A stretch of DNA of 64,000 bases from Candidatus Obscuribacteraceae bacterium. Lineage in GTDB: Bacteria; Cyanobacteriota; Vampirovibrionia; Obscuribacterales; Obscuribacteraceae. Below are positions 11,201 to 20,208 of the stretch, piece after piece (the first letter of the stretch is position 1; every line of letters starts with the position of its first letter). The notes beneath the pieces were generated by a model. That model searched no databases and was not told the DNA's origin. It worked only from the letters and a program-made list of their open reading frames with translations. The translations under genes and the position numbers were made by a program. The stretch covers positions 768,001 through 832,000 of the forward strand of contig JBGAHS010000001.1 in NCBI GenBank assembly GCA_044226015.1. The letters are read 5' to 3'.

Positions 11201-14200
11201 GTAGTTTGCAGGCTGAAGGTTCCACCCGGCGAGCCCGAATTTAGAAGGACGATGTTGCCCGCATTGCTTATGAAAACACTGCCATTTCCCGAAGTGCTGG
11301 CAGATAGCGTCTGTGACGAGGTTGAAATTGGAATCTTGGCGCTACCGATATTTTCGTCTTCGCTAAGCAAAATTGCTGTGGAACTGAGGATTGTTCCTGT
11401 GACGCGCACGATGTCTGCAGACCCAAAACTCGTTTTGTTGCCTGTATTTGATGCTGTTAGTGAGCTGCTTCCTGTTCCGCTGGTGCCAATGTTTGCTTTG
11501 ATGGTGATGTCTCGAGGAATGTCAGGTAAGACCGTGGCATCGTTAAACGTATTGATGCTTACGTTTTGCGCTGTGATTGCACCGGCTATAATGAGCGGAC
11601 CGTTTGCATTTATGCTCACGTCTTTGACGCTCGATGCCTTGACCGTGAGTGCGTAGCCAAACAGCGTAGATACAGAATTGGCGTTTGGCGCCCATCCTAT
11701 ATATGCATCGCCGGCCGTGTTGAGAGCCAAATTTATTGCGCTGGTCTGAAGCGGCGAACTCTTTGAACCTAAATCACCCGTGCCAGTCTTCAGGGTGACG
11801 TTCAGTCCCTCGATGACTCCCGGAATTGGTCCGGGAGGGTCAATCGTAGTTATAGTTCCGGTGCCCGCTGCGTTCAGATTCACCTGTCCAGAACTGGTGC
11901 CGCCTAAGCGACTGGAAACGATGATATTCCCATCGTTTTGGGTTTGGATATCGATGACAGGTCCACTCTGGAGTAACTGTGCGACGGTAACATCTCCATC
12001 ATTCACAAGTTTGTATGTGCCAGAAAATGCGAGAGAATTGAGAACTTTCAGATTGCCCGAGTTGGTTGCAAACGCTGAAACTGGAGAAATCATTCCCAGT
12101 CCTTGTGCTGTTGTACGTATAGGTAGCGCTGCCGAACCAATGTTGCCTGTTGATGAGTTCAATGAAAGGAAGACGTCACCACCAAGAATTCTAAAAACAC
12201 CAGCGGTTTGAGAAATTGAAGCAGCTGCTATTTTTATGTTGTTTCCAGCCGAGCTGAGGCTTCCCACCTGTGCAGCCAGTACGATGTTCTTTGGAGTTTC
12301 AAGCTCTACTCGTGGGGAAATTATGCCTCCGCCTTTTGCAATCGTTATGTCGCCTGTATTGAATAACTTAAACAGGTCTCCACTTCCGGAGGCATCTACA
12401 GCCAGCGTGCCCGAATTGTTGATGTTGACCAATGCACCGTTAGTGGTGACCGACAGCTGGGATGTTGAAGTACTGACAGGGCTAGCCAGTGAACCAATGT
12501 CTCCAGAGGCAGCGTTCAGGATAATGCTTTTGCCAATTATTTTTCCGGCTGATTGGCTTATGTTGCCATTACCACTTACAGTTAACTGCACAGACGCTCC
12601 TGCTTTTCCGATGTTGGCTCCGAGGGAAATATTGGCAGTTGCTGAGCTTGTCTTTATGCTTACTTGGGGCGAACTTAGAGGACCTGTCGTAGTTATGCTG
12701 TTGAGTGAGTCAATTTCAAATTTACCAGAGGGGGCGTTTGACGTTCCGATGAAACTGTCGCTAGCAGACTTATTTGTCAGTTTGATTGCCCCAGTTCCTG
12801 AAGTCGAGGCGACCATTGTGCCACCAGAATTGACCGCATAGTTTAGTGTAATATTGCCAGCATTTGAGTTAAAGCTCACGTTGTTGCCAGTCACCGTACC
12901 GTTGTGCACCGCTCCCAGAAAACCTATGCCCGATGCGGTTCCTGTCGTGTTAAGCGTGACGTTGCCTGTCGAGCTTATGTCGTTGACAATCAATCCAAAC
13001 TCTGAGGCGACTTTCGAAGGTGTTGAGCCCGCCGTTAGCATTACATCACCAGATGCTTTTATATCGCTGAATAATGCAGTACCACCTGTTTTTGTCGTGA
13101 AGCTGCCTCCAACATCACTGTTTGCATTTATTTGGATTCCATTTTTTGAATAGGTTCCAGGAAGAAATGCGCCACTGGTGATTGCTCCATCAACGATGCT
13201 AACGCCTGTGCCAACCAGGGGTGTAGCGGCGTGCACTTCGGCGTTGCCGCTAGGCAGGCTGCCAGCTCCGTTGGCATTGATGCCACCAATTGTAATGGCA
13301 TTGGAGTTGCTTGAGCTACCGTTTGCGATAATCAATATGTTTCCGTTTTTGCCGGCAGCAGCTCCACTGGTGTCAATGCTAAGACTATTGGGCAAGTTGA
13401 TGCTGCCGGAATTGGTAGCGGAGCCCTTAAACGCGATGAGCTTAATATCTCCACCGGATGCCCCAGCAAATGTGCTCGCTGAACTCAACTGTGTCACATC
13501 CTTATTGTTAGTTACGTTGAGGTCAATCTTGCCTCCAGTTGTAGAGCCTCCGGTAATTTTAAGCGTAGTTGCTGCGTCCGCTTTGCCCGGATATGCTGAT
13601 GATGTTGCAGGGTCAATTAAAGTGAAGTTGGCTCCAGCTACAAGGGTAATCGCCCCTCCATTTGTTGTGCTCGAGCTGGTGTTGATAGTCAGGTTGTCAC
13701 CATTTGCGGTGATATCTCCTTTTGCAATAATTGCTAGCGATTCGCCTGAAAAATTGAATGGGCTTGTGAAATCTATGTTGCCGAATTGGTTGTAGAAGCT
13801 TGGGTCGCCACTTATGTTTAGCTCACCAAGATTGAGACTTGCTGTTTTCGTAGCTATATGAACTTCACCGGCATGAACGTTTACCACACCGGTTAAATCA
13901 TGTACGTTGATACCCGCGAGACCGTCTCCGGAATTAACGTTCAACGTATCGCAGAGTATATTACCGCCAGTCAATGAGAAGTCTGATTTAGCGTTGAACA
14001 AAGTATCGCGGATGTTTATCAACAAGGCTTGCAAGGTACCGTTAACATTGTTGATGGAAATGCTGCCGCTGTTCAATGATGAGATATTGATGTTACCAGT
14101 TGCTGCTGTGATTAAGTTGCTATTCGTGAGCGTATTGCTGATCACGTTCAGGTTATTACTAGCTTGCAGAACCCCAGTGTTTATAATTGAGTCCCCTGCT

Positions 14201-14841
14201 GTTAGCGTCAAATTTCCAGCACTTCGAATGACTCCCGCATTCATGATGTTATGTACGGCACTTAAATTGAGACTCAAATGCGGATTTATGATTAGTCCGT
14301 TGAGTAATGAAGCGGGCACCATTGTGGAAAGTAGGCCGCCAGTGTTGTTGAAGATATTCTGGGCAGCAACATTTGCCGTCACTGAGTGGGCATCATTTGA
14401 ATAAAAGAAAATGCGACCGGAATTGCTCAGCGTGCCACTGATATTCAAGCTGCTCTGCGCTATGTTTTGAAGTGCCGTGACGCCTCGTGGAACGACCAGT
14501 CCTTCCATGTTATTAGCAATGTTGTCAATTCGGAAGGTGCCACCGCGTGCGGTGCCGAGGGCGTTCAGCAACAAGGTCTGCGCACCGCCAGCTGACACCT
14601 GATTCAAAGCCAATTGTTCTGCGTCAGTTAGAAGGTCTCCCGGTGCTATAGCCTTTACACCAGTTCCAACTTTGATAGTGCCTGCTATTGCTGCCACATT
14701 ATCTCTAGTTCGAGATGAGAGGTCGGTAGTAGGGTCTGCCCAAGTGGGTGCAATGCTTGAGCTCAAGCAAAGTCCTAAGCCCGAAGACAGCACCCTTTCT
14801 CTGATTTTTGCTTCGCGAACTTTTTTGTTTCCAGGACGCAT
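8212..14841 (-). CDS. Giant secreted filamentous-haemagglutinin-like protein, paralog of 151..7995
   Basis: Track ORF 8212..14892; ATG at 14841 (MRPGNKK...) preferred because a basic stretch and signal-like segment follow. Repeated 'GxIGxxxxP(I/V)xT' strand motifs; shared N-module and C-terminal domain. Confidence 0.8.
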   Translation of the reverse strand: MRPGNKKVREAKIRERVLSSGLGLCLSSSIAPTWADPTTDLSSRTRDNVAAIAGTIKVGTGVKAIAPGDLLTDAEQLALNQVSAGGAQTLLLNALGTARGGTFRIDNIANNMEGLVVPRGVTALQNIAQSSLNISGTLSNSGRIFFYSNDAHSVTANVAAQNIFNNTGGLLSTMVPASLLNGLIINPHLSLNLSAVHNIMNAGVIRSAGNLTLTAGDSIINTGVLQASNNLNVISNTLTNSNLITAATGNINISSLNSGSISINNVNGTLQALLINIRDTLFNAKSDFSLTGGNILCDTLNVNSGDGLAGINVHDLTGVVNVHAGEVHIATKTASLNLGELNISGDPSFYNQFGNIDFTSPFNFSGESLAIIAKGDITANGDNLTINTSSSTTNGGAITLVAGANFTLIDPATSSAYPGKADAATTLKITGGSTTGGKIDLNVTNNKDVTQLSSASTFAGASGGDIKLIAFKGSATNSGSINLPNSLSIDTSGAAAGKNGNILIIANGSSSNSNAITIGGINANGAGSLPSGNAEVHAATPLVGTGVSIVDGAITSGAFLPGTYSKNGIQINANSDVGGSFTTKTGGTALFSDIKASGDVMLTAGSTPSKVASEFGLIVNDISSTGNVTLNTTGTASGIGFLGAVHNGTVTGNNVSFNSNAGNITLNYAVNSGGTMVASTSGTGAIKLTNKSASDSFIGTSNAPSGKFEIDSLNSITTTGPLSSPQVSIKTSSATANISLGANIGKAGASVQLTVSGNGNISQSAGKIIGKSIILNAASGDIGSLASPVSTSTSQLSVTTNGALVNINNSGTLAVDASGSGDLFKLFNTGDITIAKGGGIISPRVELETPKNIVLAAQVGSLSSAGNNIKIAAASISQTAGVFRILGGDVFLSLNSSTGNIGSAALPIRTTAQGLGMISPVSAFATNSGNLKVLNSLAFSGTYKLVNDGDVTVAQLLQSGPVIDIQTQNDGNIIVSSRLGGTSSGQVNLNAAGTGTITTIDPPGPIPGVIEGLNVTLKTGTGDLGSKSSPLQTSAINLALNTAGDAYIGWAPNANSVSTLFGYALTVKASSVKDVSINANGPLIIAGAITAQNVSINTFNDATVLPDIPRDITIKANIGTSGTGSSSLTASNTGNKTSFGSADIVRVTGTILSSTAILLSEDENIGSAKIPISTSSQTLSASTSGNGSVFISNAGNIVLLNSGSPGGTFSLQTTGTVSDPGDISLSTPITAVKDLLLQTKGNNASINLNGNSINADNITLTAFGAGKITDLSGTATLSASKTINLLSTNGNIGSNTSRLQIGSGTVLAKTAAAVFLNLKNSATISDSAAGTQFDLTSDASADISIAGSISSPNIQISANGNIVASTNSKHTLAATIALSLMSQNGNIGSGASPVLTKAKAITVVSTNGSAYIRNTGKLTLNTSSSDNASNDSWLSIQNVGSTNIAGKLSSDSVVNISSTSTLTQSNNSVAITAPTVSLSSAVSPALISAANFGTAQARIQVDASNLTIDTKGIVFINNVGSTGNLNTNAFSGNGFDITSGAGNITVNGAITSPVVSITASGNVIIAANTGKIGGKTNISATNISRVSSATVIGATVLLSTGSGDIGAIGSNNDLLLDASNLIIKQNGGSAFIVDILPGTINVSPDKTSISAEFVLTNNGNIVVKAPLQATVALTLNSGSGALSTSGNGLLQASILNLGGAGQTGNLGSELAAIKISANVVSAKTDKGSVNLLNSGSSALSVNGSQSGQSFKIANNTGQLSIDGAITVGQAGDLAKRTNNLTLLETGSNGAISLNADLNVTGGSVLINALDLGGKIVFADGVSTNTMVDLKSPITNGVIKIAIGKPPTAPSNPLSSNGNFTVNNTAPGVVFGGVNPNALLATGAKVQAITLNAKGRNIIFNSASSGSIQFGDNVTVTADPPGANALINNDRTLAVTNKSETRTEYMLPEKVSHIEFTDSASAIEAHTNTTQSLLTPSTANQEAINKSYTLSTGTKSEAASLAGNIVCNTTFTAPGKLLTVNMITPANEAAEQDLANKRSLLKLNYGATLFNPSKDLTVLTAFGELRIRAGAAVLTMLQDSGALSIFNLHDRNLGEVRFDASGQQICIPIGQHLTVAAGQILELSQVNAIDCIAHRNIRRESNNRMTIFSSEFSILSALSGLTQLRNSKAPAHRVLMMKCLKNAASIFQMSNNKQGPYRQVTKTEMYMAMH

Positions 14842-15031
14842 GATGTCACCAAAGGGGCAGGAGGATTGAGCCCTACAAAGCGTCATCCTCAATACCTACG
14901 AATTATAGTTGAGCTGTCATGAGCCCAACTGCAAAGGTGCTTATTGTTAATAAATTGCAGACTTTTCGTCTAAGGTGCCAGGCGAACTTCTGCAAAAGTA
15001 TGAATTCAGAAAGATGGGACAGGCTTCGTAA

Positions 15032-15316
15032 CTAAGCGTTTACTAGATCCTGCGTTTCATTTTGAACTACAGTTTTTGTCTCGGCGCTTACTTGTTTTAG
15101 AGGACCGCTGCGAACTCGTTCAAATTCGTTTTCGCAATTGTGGCAGCGATAGTAGGTGATGAAATTCTGTCTCTGACCTTCAGCTGCAGTGTTGACTGAC
15201 TCTAAATGCTCGAGCTTTTTCTTCTTGCAGACTGGGCATTTGCTCTTCAGCAAAATTGGAAAGAATGGTGTCAGCATAATGGCTAACAAAACGAGAATCA
15301 TGTAATTGTCTTTCAT
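15032..15316 (-). CDS. Small membrane-anchored zinc-ribbon protein
   Basis: 94 aa; N-terminal hydrophobic helix, CPVC...CHNC; ATGA overlap with the upstream gene's stop. Confidence 0.75.
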   Translation of the reverse strand: MKDNYMILVLLAIMLTPFFPILLKSKCPVCKKKKLEHLESVNTAAEGQRQNFITYYRCHNCENEFERVRSGPLKQVSAETKTVVQNETQDLVNA

Positions 15317-17925
15317 TGTCCTTCACCTTTCGTTTTCGAGTTTCCTTCAGTGCTTTTGCTTGGTTCTGTTTTGGGTGCAGTTGCCCCCTGACTTTGTTCG
15401 GCTTTTGCCGAATCAGCCGGCGTTGTGCTGCCAGTCGCGGAGCTTGGCCCGCTAGTGCTAGAACTAGATGTTGCTGAATCTGGAGTGGTCGTTGTATTAG
15501 GCAGAGGATTCGGCATCGGCGAACTCACATCGCCAGTTCCAGTAGCCAGCGGATCTGGCATCAGTGTGCCAGGGTTAATCGATTGCGGACTCTGCTCAGC
15601 ATGATCAAGATCACTCAGAGGAAAGCTCGTTTCGATAGAAGCGTCTTCGTGCTTTGCGCGTTCCTCATATTTCTTAGCCTGGTCTTGCTTGGAAAAATGC
15701 TTGTACATTCGAGACATCATATACAGTGCTTTAGCGTTTTTCGGTGAGCGATCAAGCAGAGTCTGCAATTGGGTGCTCGCCTCTGTTTCGTCCTTATTGA
15801 GTATTGCTGCCTCTGCCATCATCAATCTGGAATCTTCGCAATCCATCGCGTCTACATACATTTTTCCGGCAAGCATAGCTTGTGGATACATGCCAACTTT
15901 GATCGCGCTTCTCACCATGTAGGGCAGGCATTCCGTCAATGAGGGGTCCATCCCCATTGCTTTGTCGAAGGTCTGTAATGCTTGCGAGTAGTTTTCTTGT
16001 TGGTATGCGGCAAGACCCACGATGTGGAATATTTTTGCGTCTCCCGCTAATTGCTCCGCGATTTTGCGAATCAATTCGTTTGCCTCGCTCTCTTTTTTAT
16101 CGACAACAAAGTACTCAAGCTTGGCCAGGCTACAGTCAGCTTGCACTGCTTTTGGAAGTTTCTGCTGCTTTGCAAACTCGATAGCGTCGTCAAATAATTT
16201 GCCTGCTTCCGCAAGTTTTCCCTGAGCCATAAGCACTTTGCCTTTTGCAAGGTTTGCTAACACATTCTTCGAGTCGAGCTTGTAAGCAAGTTCTGCCTCA
16301 GTCGCGGCAGCGGCCACGTCCTGTCTCTTTATATACTCTAAGGCAACGCTTGCATGTGCTATGGAACTCTCAGGGTTGAGGCTTATTGCAGATTGCCACA
16401 AGGTCATCGTTGATGACCACTGCCAATCGCGGTGAATGGTTAGTGCGCTGAGAGTCATTGAACCCACCAACAAAATGATTGCTGCGGCTTGTAGATTCTT
16501 TTCAGCGAATGCGCAGAGACCATAAGCTGCGAAAATCGCAACTCCGGTCAGGGGCAGATAGGCAACCCAATCTGCCACTGCATCCGGTTGTACGATGCAG
16601 AAATGTGGTAGAAAACCCGCTATGAAAAGTAGGGCGGCCAGTCCGAATATTGCCTGCCTGGTCTTGCTTGCAAGGAAGATTGCTAAGCCGATGAACAAGA
16701 GCAATGCAACGATTGCAAGCGGGTCGGAAGCTGTTTGAGCGATTGCAAATGGTGGGTCGATTGATAACCCAAGTGGAAGTACCAGGCATCTCAGATGGTA
16801 AAAGATGAGTGATTTAAACTGCGTCGCCACGTATGGAATTGTCGCTAATGTTGGAGTGAACAGGTTATTAGCTGTTGTTCGCTCAAGCCCAAGAAGGGGC
16901 AAGAAGGGCACTGCCAGTGCGCAAAATGCGGCACCTCCACTGAGGAAGGGGGCGTCCTTCATAGACTCTTGCCAATCTTTCAGTGGACCTTTGATGATCA
17001 ACAAAGTAAAGAAAGCCACCGCAGGTAATGCCATGCACTCAGGGTTGGAACCGATGGACATTGCTCCAGCCCATAGGGTTAGAACTACGAAGCAGAATTT
17101 TGCGATCGGTTGTCTTGTTAGAATTGCGACAAGAAAGAAATCTAAGCAAAGGAAGAAATTGTTCGTTCCTAAAAGCGATGACCGAGCTGAAAGATATGCT
17201 ACTGATTCGCTTGTGAGAGGGTGGCAGGCGAAAATCAGGGCACTTACTGTGGCTAGATAATGCGGTGTTATTCTGAGTCTTCCCTGATGGTGAAGGTGTC
17301 TGGCTACCGTGAGGACGAAAAGAAAGACGAACCCTGTCGTGACAGCATGCCAGAAAGCGTTGACTACGTGATACCAGGACATCTGTAGTCCGTATTCGCT
17401 GTGATCGCTGATAAACGATGACTTCAGCCAGGGCTGCGTCATGGGAGCGCCGCCTAACATGTCTGCCATTATGCGCTTTGCTGCTGCTTCAGCGAGCATC
17501 GGGTTGAGCATATACCGCAAGTTGAAGCGGTCATACAAAACCATTCCGCCGTTTATGCTGAATATGTGGTTGACCAGCCCAATGAAGACAACGGAGACCA
17601 TTGCAATGGATGAGAATTTCCAATCTGTTTTTGGACCGGCTGTGTCTCCCTTATTCCTGCGTCGGGTAGATGCGATCGTACTCCCTCTTTCGCTGTTGAC
17701 TTTCGGTGCTTGTGTCGAAATTGTGTTCTTAATTTTGTCCAGATCAAGCGGCCGCGATTTTTTTGCGCCGGACTCTTGCTGTTTTATTTTTTTTGCGGCA
17801 GGCGATTCAGTGGACTTTGGGCTGTTGTCATCTGAATCGGAATTCGGCTCGTCTTTCGACATTTCATGCTCCAAACTTGTCATGTAATTATCTACGATGC
17901 TTGAAAGCCTCTTACGAAAACCCAT
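15313..17925 (-). CDS. TMTC-like (GT-C type protein O-mannosyltransferase-like) multi-pass membrane protein with TPR repeats; conserved motifs diverged
   Basis: WYHVVNAFWHA, FACHPLTSESVAYLSARSSLL, LVLPLGLSID and WSSTMTLW resemble TMTC-family motifs; many TM helices, then TPRs and an S/T/P-rich tail. Confidence 0.75.
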   Translation of the reverse strand: MGFRKRLSSIVDNYMTSLEHEMSKDEPNSDSDDNSPKSTESPAAKKIKQQESGAKKSRPLDLDKIKNTISTQAPKVNSERGSTIASTRRRNKGDTAGPKTDWKFSSIAMVSVVFIGLVNHIFSINGGMVLYDRFNLRYMLNPMLAEAAAKRIMADMLGGAPMTQPWLKSSFISDHSEYGLQMSWYHVVNAFWHAVTTGFVFLFVLTVARHLHHQGRLRITPHYLATVSALIFACHPLTSESVAYLSARSSLLGTNNFFLCLDFFLVAILTRQPIAKFCFVVLTLWAGAMSIGSNPECMALPAVAFFTLLIIKGPLKDWQESMKDAPFLSGGAAFCALAVPFLPLLGLERTTANNLFTPTLATIPYVATQFKSLIFYHLRCLVLPLGLSIDPPFAIAQTASDPLAIVALLLFIGLAIFLASKTRQAIFGLAALLFIAGFLPHFCIVQPDAVADWVAYLPLTGVAIFAAYGLCAFAEKNLQAAAIILLVGSMTLSALTIHRDWQWSSTMTLWQSAISLNPESSIAHASVALEYIKRQDVAAAATEAELAYKLDSKNVLANLAKGKVLMAQGKLAEAGKLFDDAIEFAKQQKLPKAVQADCSLAKLEYFVVDKKESEANELIRKIAEQLAGDAKIFHIVGLAAYQQENYSQALQTFDKAMGMDPSLTECLPYMVRSAIKVGMYPQAMLAGKMYVDAMDCEDSRLMMAEAAILNKDETEASTQLQTLLDRSPKNAKALYMMSRMYKHFSKQDQAKKYEERAKHEDASIETSFPLSDLDHAEQSPQSINPGTLMPDPLATGTGDVSSPMPNPLPNTTTTPDSATSSSSTSGPSSATGSTTPADSAKAEQSQGATAPKTEPSKSTEGNSKTKGEGQ

Positions 17926-18320
17926 TTAAGGGAGACTTGTCCTGTTCGGAATCGAAAAGTCTCTTGAGCCCAAAGTGCTTTTGTCACAAGCTATTCGGGA
18001 TATTGCTTCTCCCAAAGCTGTTGATGTCAAGTGGATTGTCTGTATCAAATCTTGTAGCAACGAGCCCGGCTCTTCGTGCCAAATGAATATTAATCGGAGT
18101 AAAGCAAAGAAAATTGATTGATGGCGGAACATATCATCCAAGCCCGTCGTCGACAATTTTCGTGTCGCTTATCATAGTTTGAATCTATTTGTGAGTTTGA
18201 ACGGTGCCACCATCTATGGAGCAAATCTCTTCTTGCTGATAGACCAAGATTGACGTAAACTACGGGGGAGGCTATGAGTTCATCCAGAGCTTCGCTCACC
18301 AGTAACAGGAAGGATATTGT

Positions 18321-18779
18321 ATGAAACTGCTAGATCGCTCAGCCACTGCACTATTACTAGCGGCTACCTGTCTAAATGTTGCGCCGGTACTTGCGGATAC
18401 GATCCAGGGCGGTGTAACCAGAACGAACATCTCTAATAAGACTTATCTTCAGAGACATCCTGTAGTGAAGCGCACCGCAATTGGTGCTGGAGTAGGAGCC
18501 GGTGCCGGCGCATTAACCGGTATGGTAACTGGCAAAGGCGCTCTTCGTGGTGCTGCAATAGGTGCAGCGACCGGTACTTCCGTCGGGCTTATTAAATCCA
18601 GCAAGACGATGAAAGCTCATCCCACAGCTACCAAAGTAGCTGAAGGCGCTGCTATAGGCTTGGGACTGGGGCTTGCAGCCAGCAGAGGACATAATACTGG
18701 CAAACGTGCCCTGACAGCTGGCGGCATCGGAGCTGCGGTTGGTCTTGGAGCTGGATTACTCTCAAAAGAGTTCCAATAA
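18321..18779 (+). CDS. Secreted glycine-zipper protein
   Basis: Signal peptide (..VAPVLA-D); four GxxxG-rich hydrophobic helices arranged as two HP-led repeats; AAGGA RBS. Confidence 0.75.
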   Translation: MKLLDRSATALLLAATCLNVAPVLADTIQGGVTRTNISNKTYLQRHPVVKRTAIGAGVGAGAGALTGMVTGKGALRGAAIGAATGTSVGLIKSSKTMKAHPTATKVAEGAAIGLGLGLAASRGHNTGKRALTAGGIGAAVGLGAGLLSKEFQ

Positions 18780-18794
18780 AAGTTAGAGGTTACT

Positions 18795-20201
18795 TTGAAA
18801 CGGGCTAAGCGTCACTTTAGATTGATTGGCTGGCCCGTTTTGATTTTGTTTGCAATTGGTTCAATCACATCGGCTGTGCTTATCTTTAAGCATCCGCCGT
18901 CTTTTTCTGCACCCGAGAAATATTGCGTCGATACTGAGGTCAGAAGATTACCAGGCGGGTTCAATGACAGAGATTGTTTCAATAGTAATTCTCCTGAATT
19001 GGTTCTTTCGGAAGGTATCCTCCTTTCCACCTTTCCTGCCCAAGGAATGCGGCACCCCGAGGCTCATCTGAACCATGCCTTTGAAGGAGAGTTCAATCTC
19101 TTTTCTCACCATGTTGCCAAAAACGAAGACTCTGAAGACGACCGCTGTCTTTATCTGGGCTACGTGATGGGCAATCGAACTAATCGCAAAATCAAAATTG
19201 AAATTCAGGCAGGTGCATCCTATTTAAGCCAACCAGATGCTCCATTTATTAGTTTGCCAGAAGTATGTCTTAATGATGACGGTAAGGTATTTGCTGGTCC
19301 TGGTGACAGGGTCGCTCTTGAGGTTTTGCGAGGGCAAAAGCCCGCGAATATACCGGAATCTATCGTTTTAGAAGCAGGGGAAACTCGTCTGGTTTTTACT
19401 TTGCCGGTGCCAGTCAGGCATCTCAAGCCTGCCTTAAACGGGCGCTCGACACTACTGAAGTTGAAGTCTAATGGTCCCGTTTATATCGCGGGTATAGCAA
19501 AATTTTCCAAGCGTGGCGAAGAAGGTGTCTCACCCTCTGCCGCTGAGTATTTGAGTCTGCTTACTGATGCTGATTTTGTTCGTCCGCGAGATGAAGCTCC
19601 GACTCCCCCAGCAGAAACTTCACGCATTAGATATGGGCGAGTTGCTGGTATTCAACATGGTACCAGGTGGTCCGGAGTAATCAGTGACAAGGGCTCATCG
19701 GACTTGAAAATTCCCGAAGCTGGTCAGAGTATTAGCTACCCAATAAGCACAGTGAGTGGTGGCACATTTGGTACCAATCAAGTGCAAAGTGCGGAACTGC
19801 CATTTCGCTATCCTGATACTGCTTATCAGGCTCATGGCAATTATGGCGTGGAATATGATTTCGAGCTTCCGTTGACGAATGAAAGCCAAGAAGAGCGAAG
19901 TGTGCAAGTCTTATTTCAATCGGCCTTGAAAAGCAATGAGAAAAGTCCTCAAGTCTGCTTTTATAATAATGCCGCTCCCCGTGCTTTTTTCCGAGGGTCC
20001 ATTAGAGTTCGCGACGGCAGTGAAAGCAAATTCTGGCATCTGGTGCAAAAGCAAGGTGCTGAGGGCGCAAAGATAGCCGAATTCAAAATGCCCCCAAATT
20101 CTAAGCACAAGATTGAAGTGAGCTTTATTTATCCTGCTGATGCAACACCGCCGCAAGAGCTTACGATTAAGTCGAATGTCGTGGAATCTGATTCCAATTA
20201 G
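18795..20201 (+). CDS. DUF3370 family protein
   Basis: Motifs FNSNSPELV, GILLSTFP, SYLSQPDAPF, YGRVAG, AHGNYGVEY and YPADATPPQ are typical of cyanobacterial DUF3370. Confidence 0.8.
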   Translation: MKRAKRHFRLIGWPVLILFAIGSITSAVLIFKHPPSFSAPEKYCVDTEVRRLPGGFNDRDCFNSNSPELVLSEGILLSTFPAQGMRHPEAHLNHAFEGEFNLFSHHVAKNEDSEDDRCLYLGYVMGNRTNRKIKIEIQAGASYLSQPDAPFISLPEVCLNDDGKVFAGPGDRVALEVLRGQKPANIPESIVLEAGETRLVFTLPVPVRHLKPALNGRSTLLKLKSNGPVYIAGIAKFSKRGEEGVSPSAAEYLSLLTDADFVRPRDEAPTPPAETSRIRYGRVAGIQHGTRWSGVISDKGSSDLKIPEAGQSISYPISTVSGGTFGTNQVQSAELPFRYPDTAYQAHGNYGVEYDFELPLTNESQEERSVQVLFQSALKSNEKSPQVCFYNNAAPRAFFRGSIRVRDGSESKFWHLVQKQGAEGAKIAEFKMPPNSKHKIEVSFIYPADATPPQELTIKSNVVESDSN

Positions 20202-20208
20202 GGCGGAG

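Noticed and set aside
151..14841. Calling the giant proteins CdiA/TpsA toxins, RTX proteins or autotransporters
   Set aside because: No N-terminal TPS motif, VENN, RTX nonapeptides, terminal beta-barrel, TpsB or immunity gene visible.
1112..14869. Many 60-240 aa + strand ORFs opposite the giant genes
   Set aside because: Antisense shadows of repetitive Gly/Asn/Ser/Thr codons; no recognisable motifs.
17926..18299. Short minus-strand ORFs (76 and 69 aa) and a possible UGA-readthrough frame in this gap
   Set aside because: No protein-like motifs, RBS or convincing SECIS; more likely divergent promoter/leader sequence.
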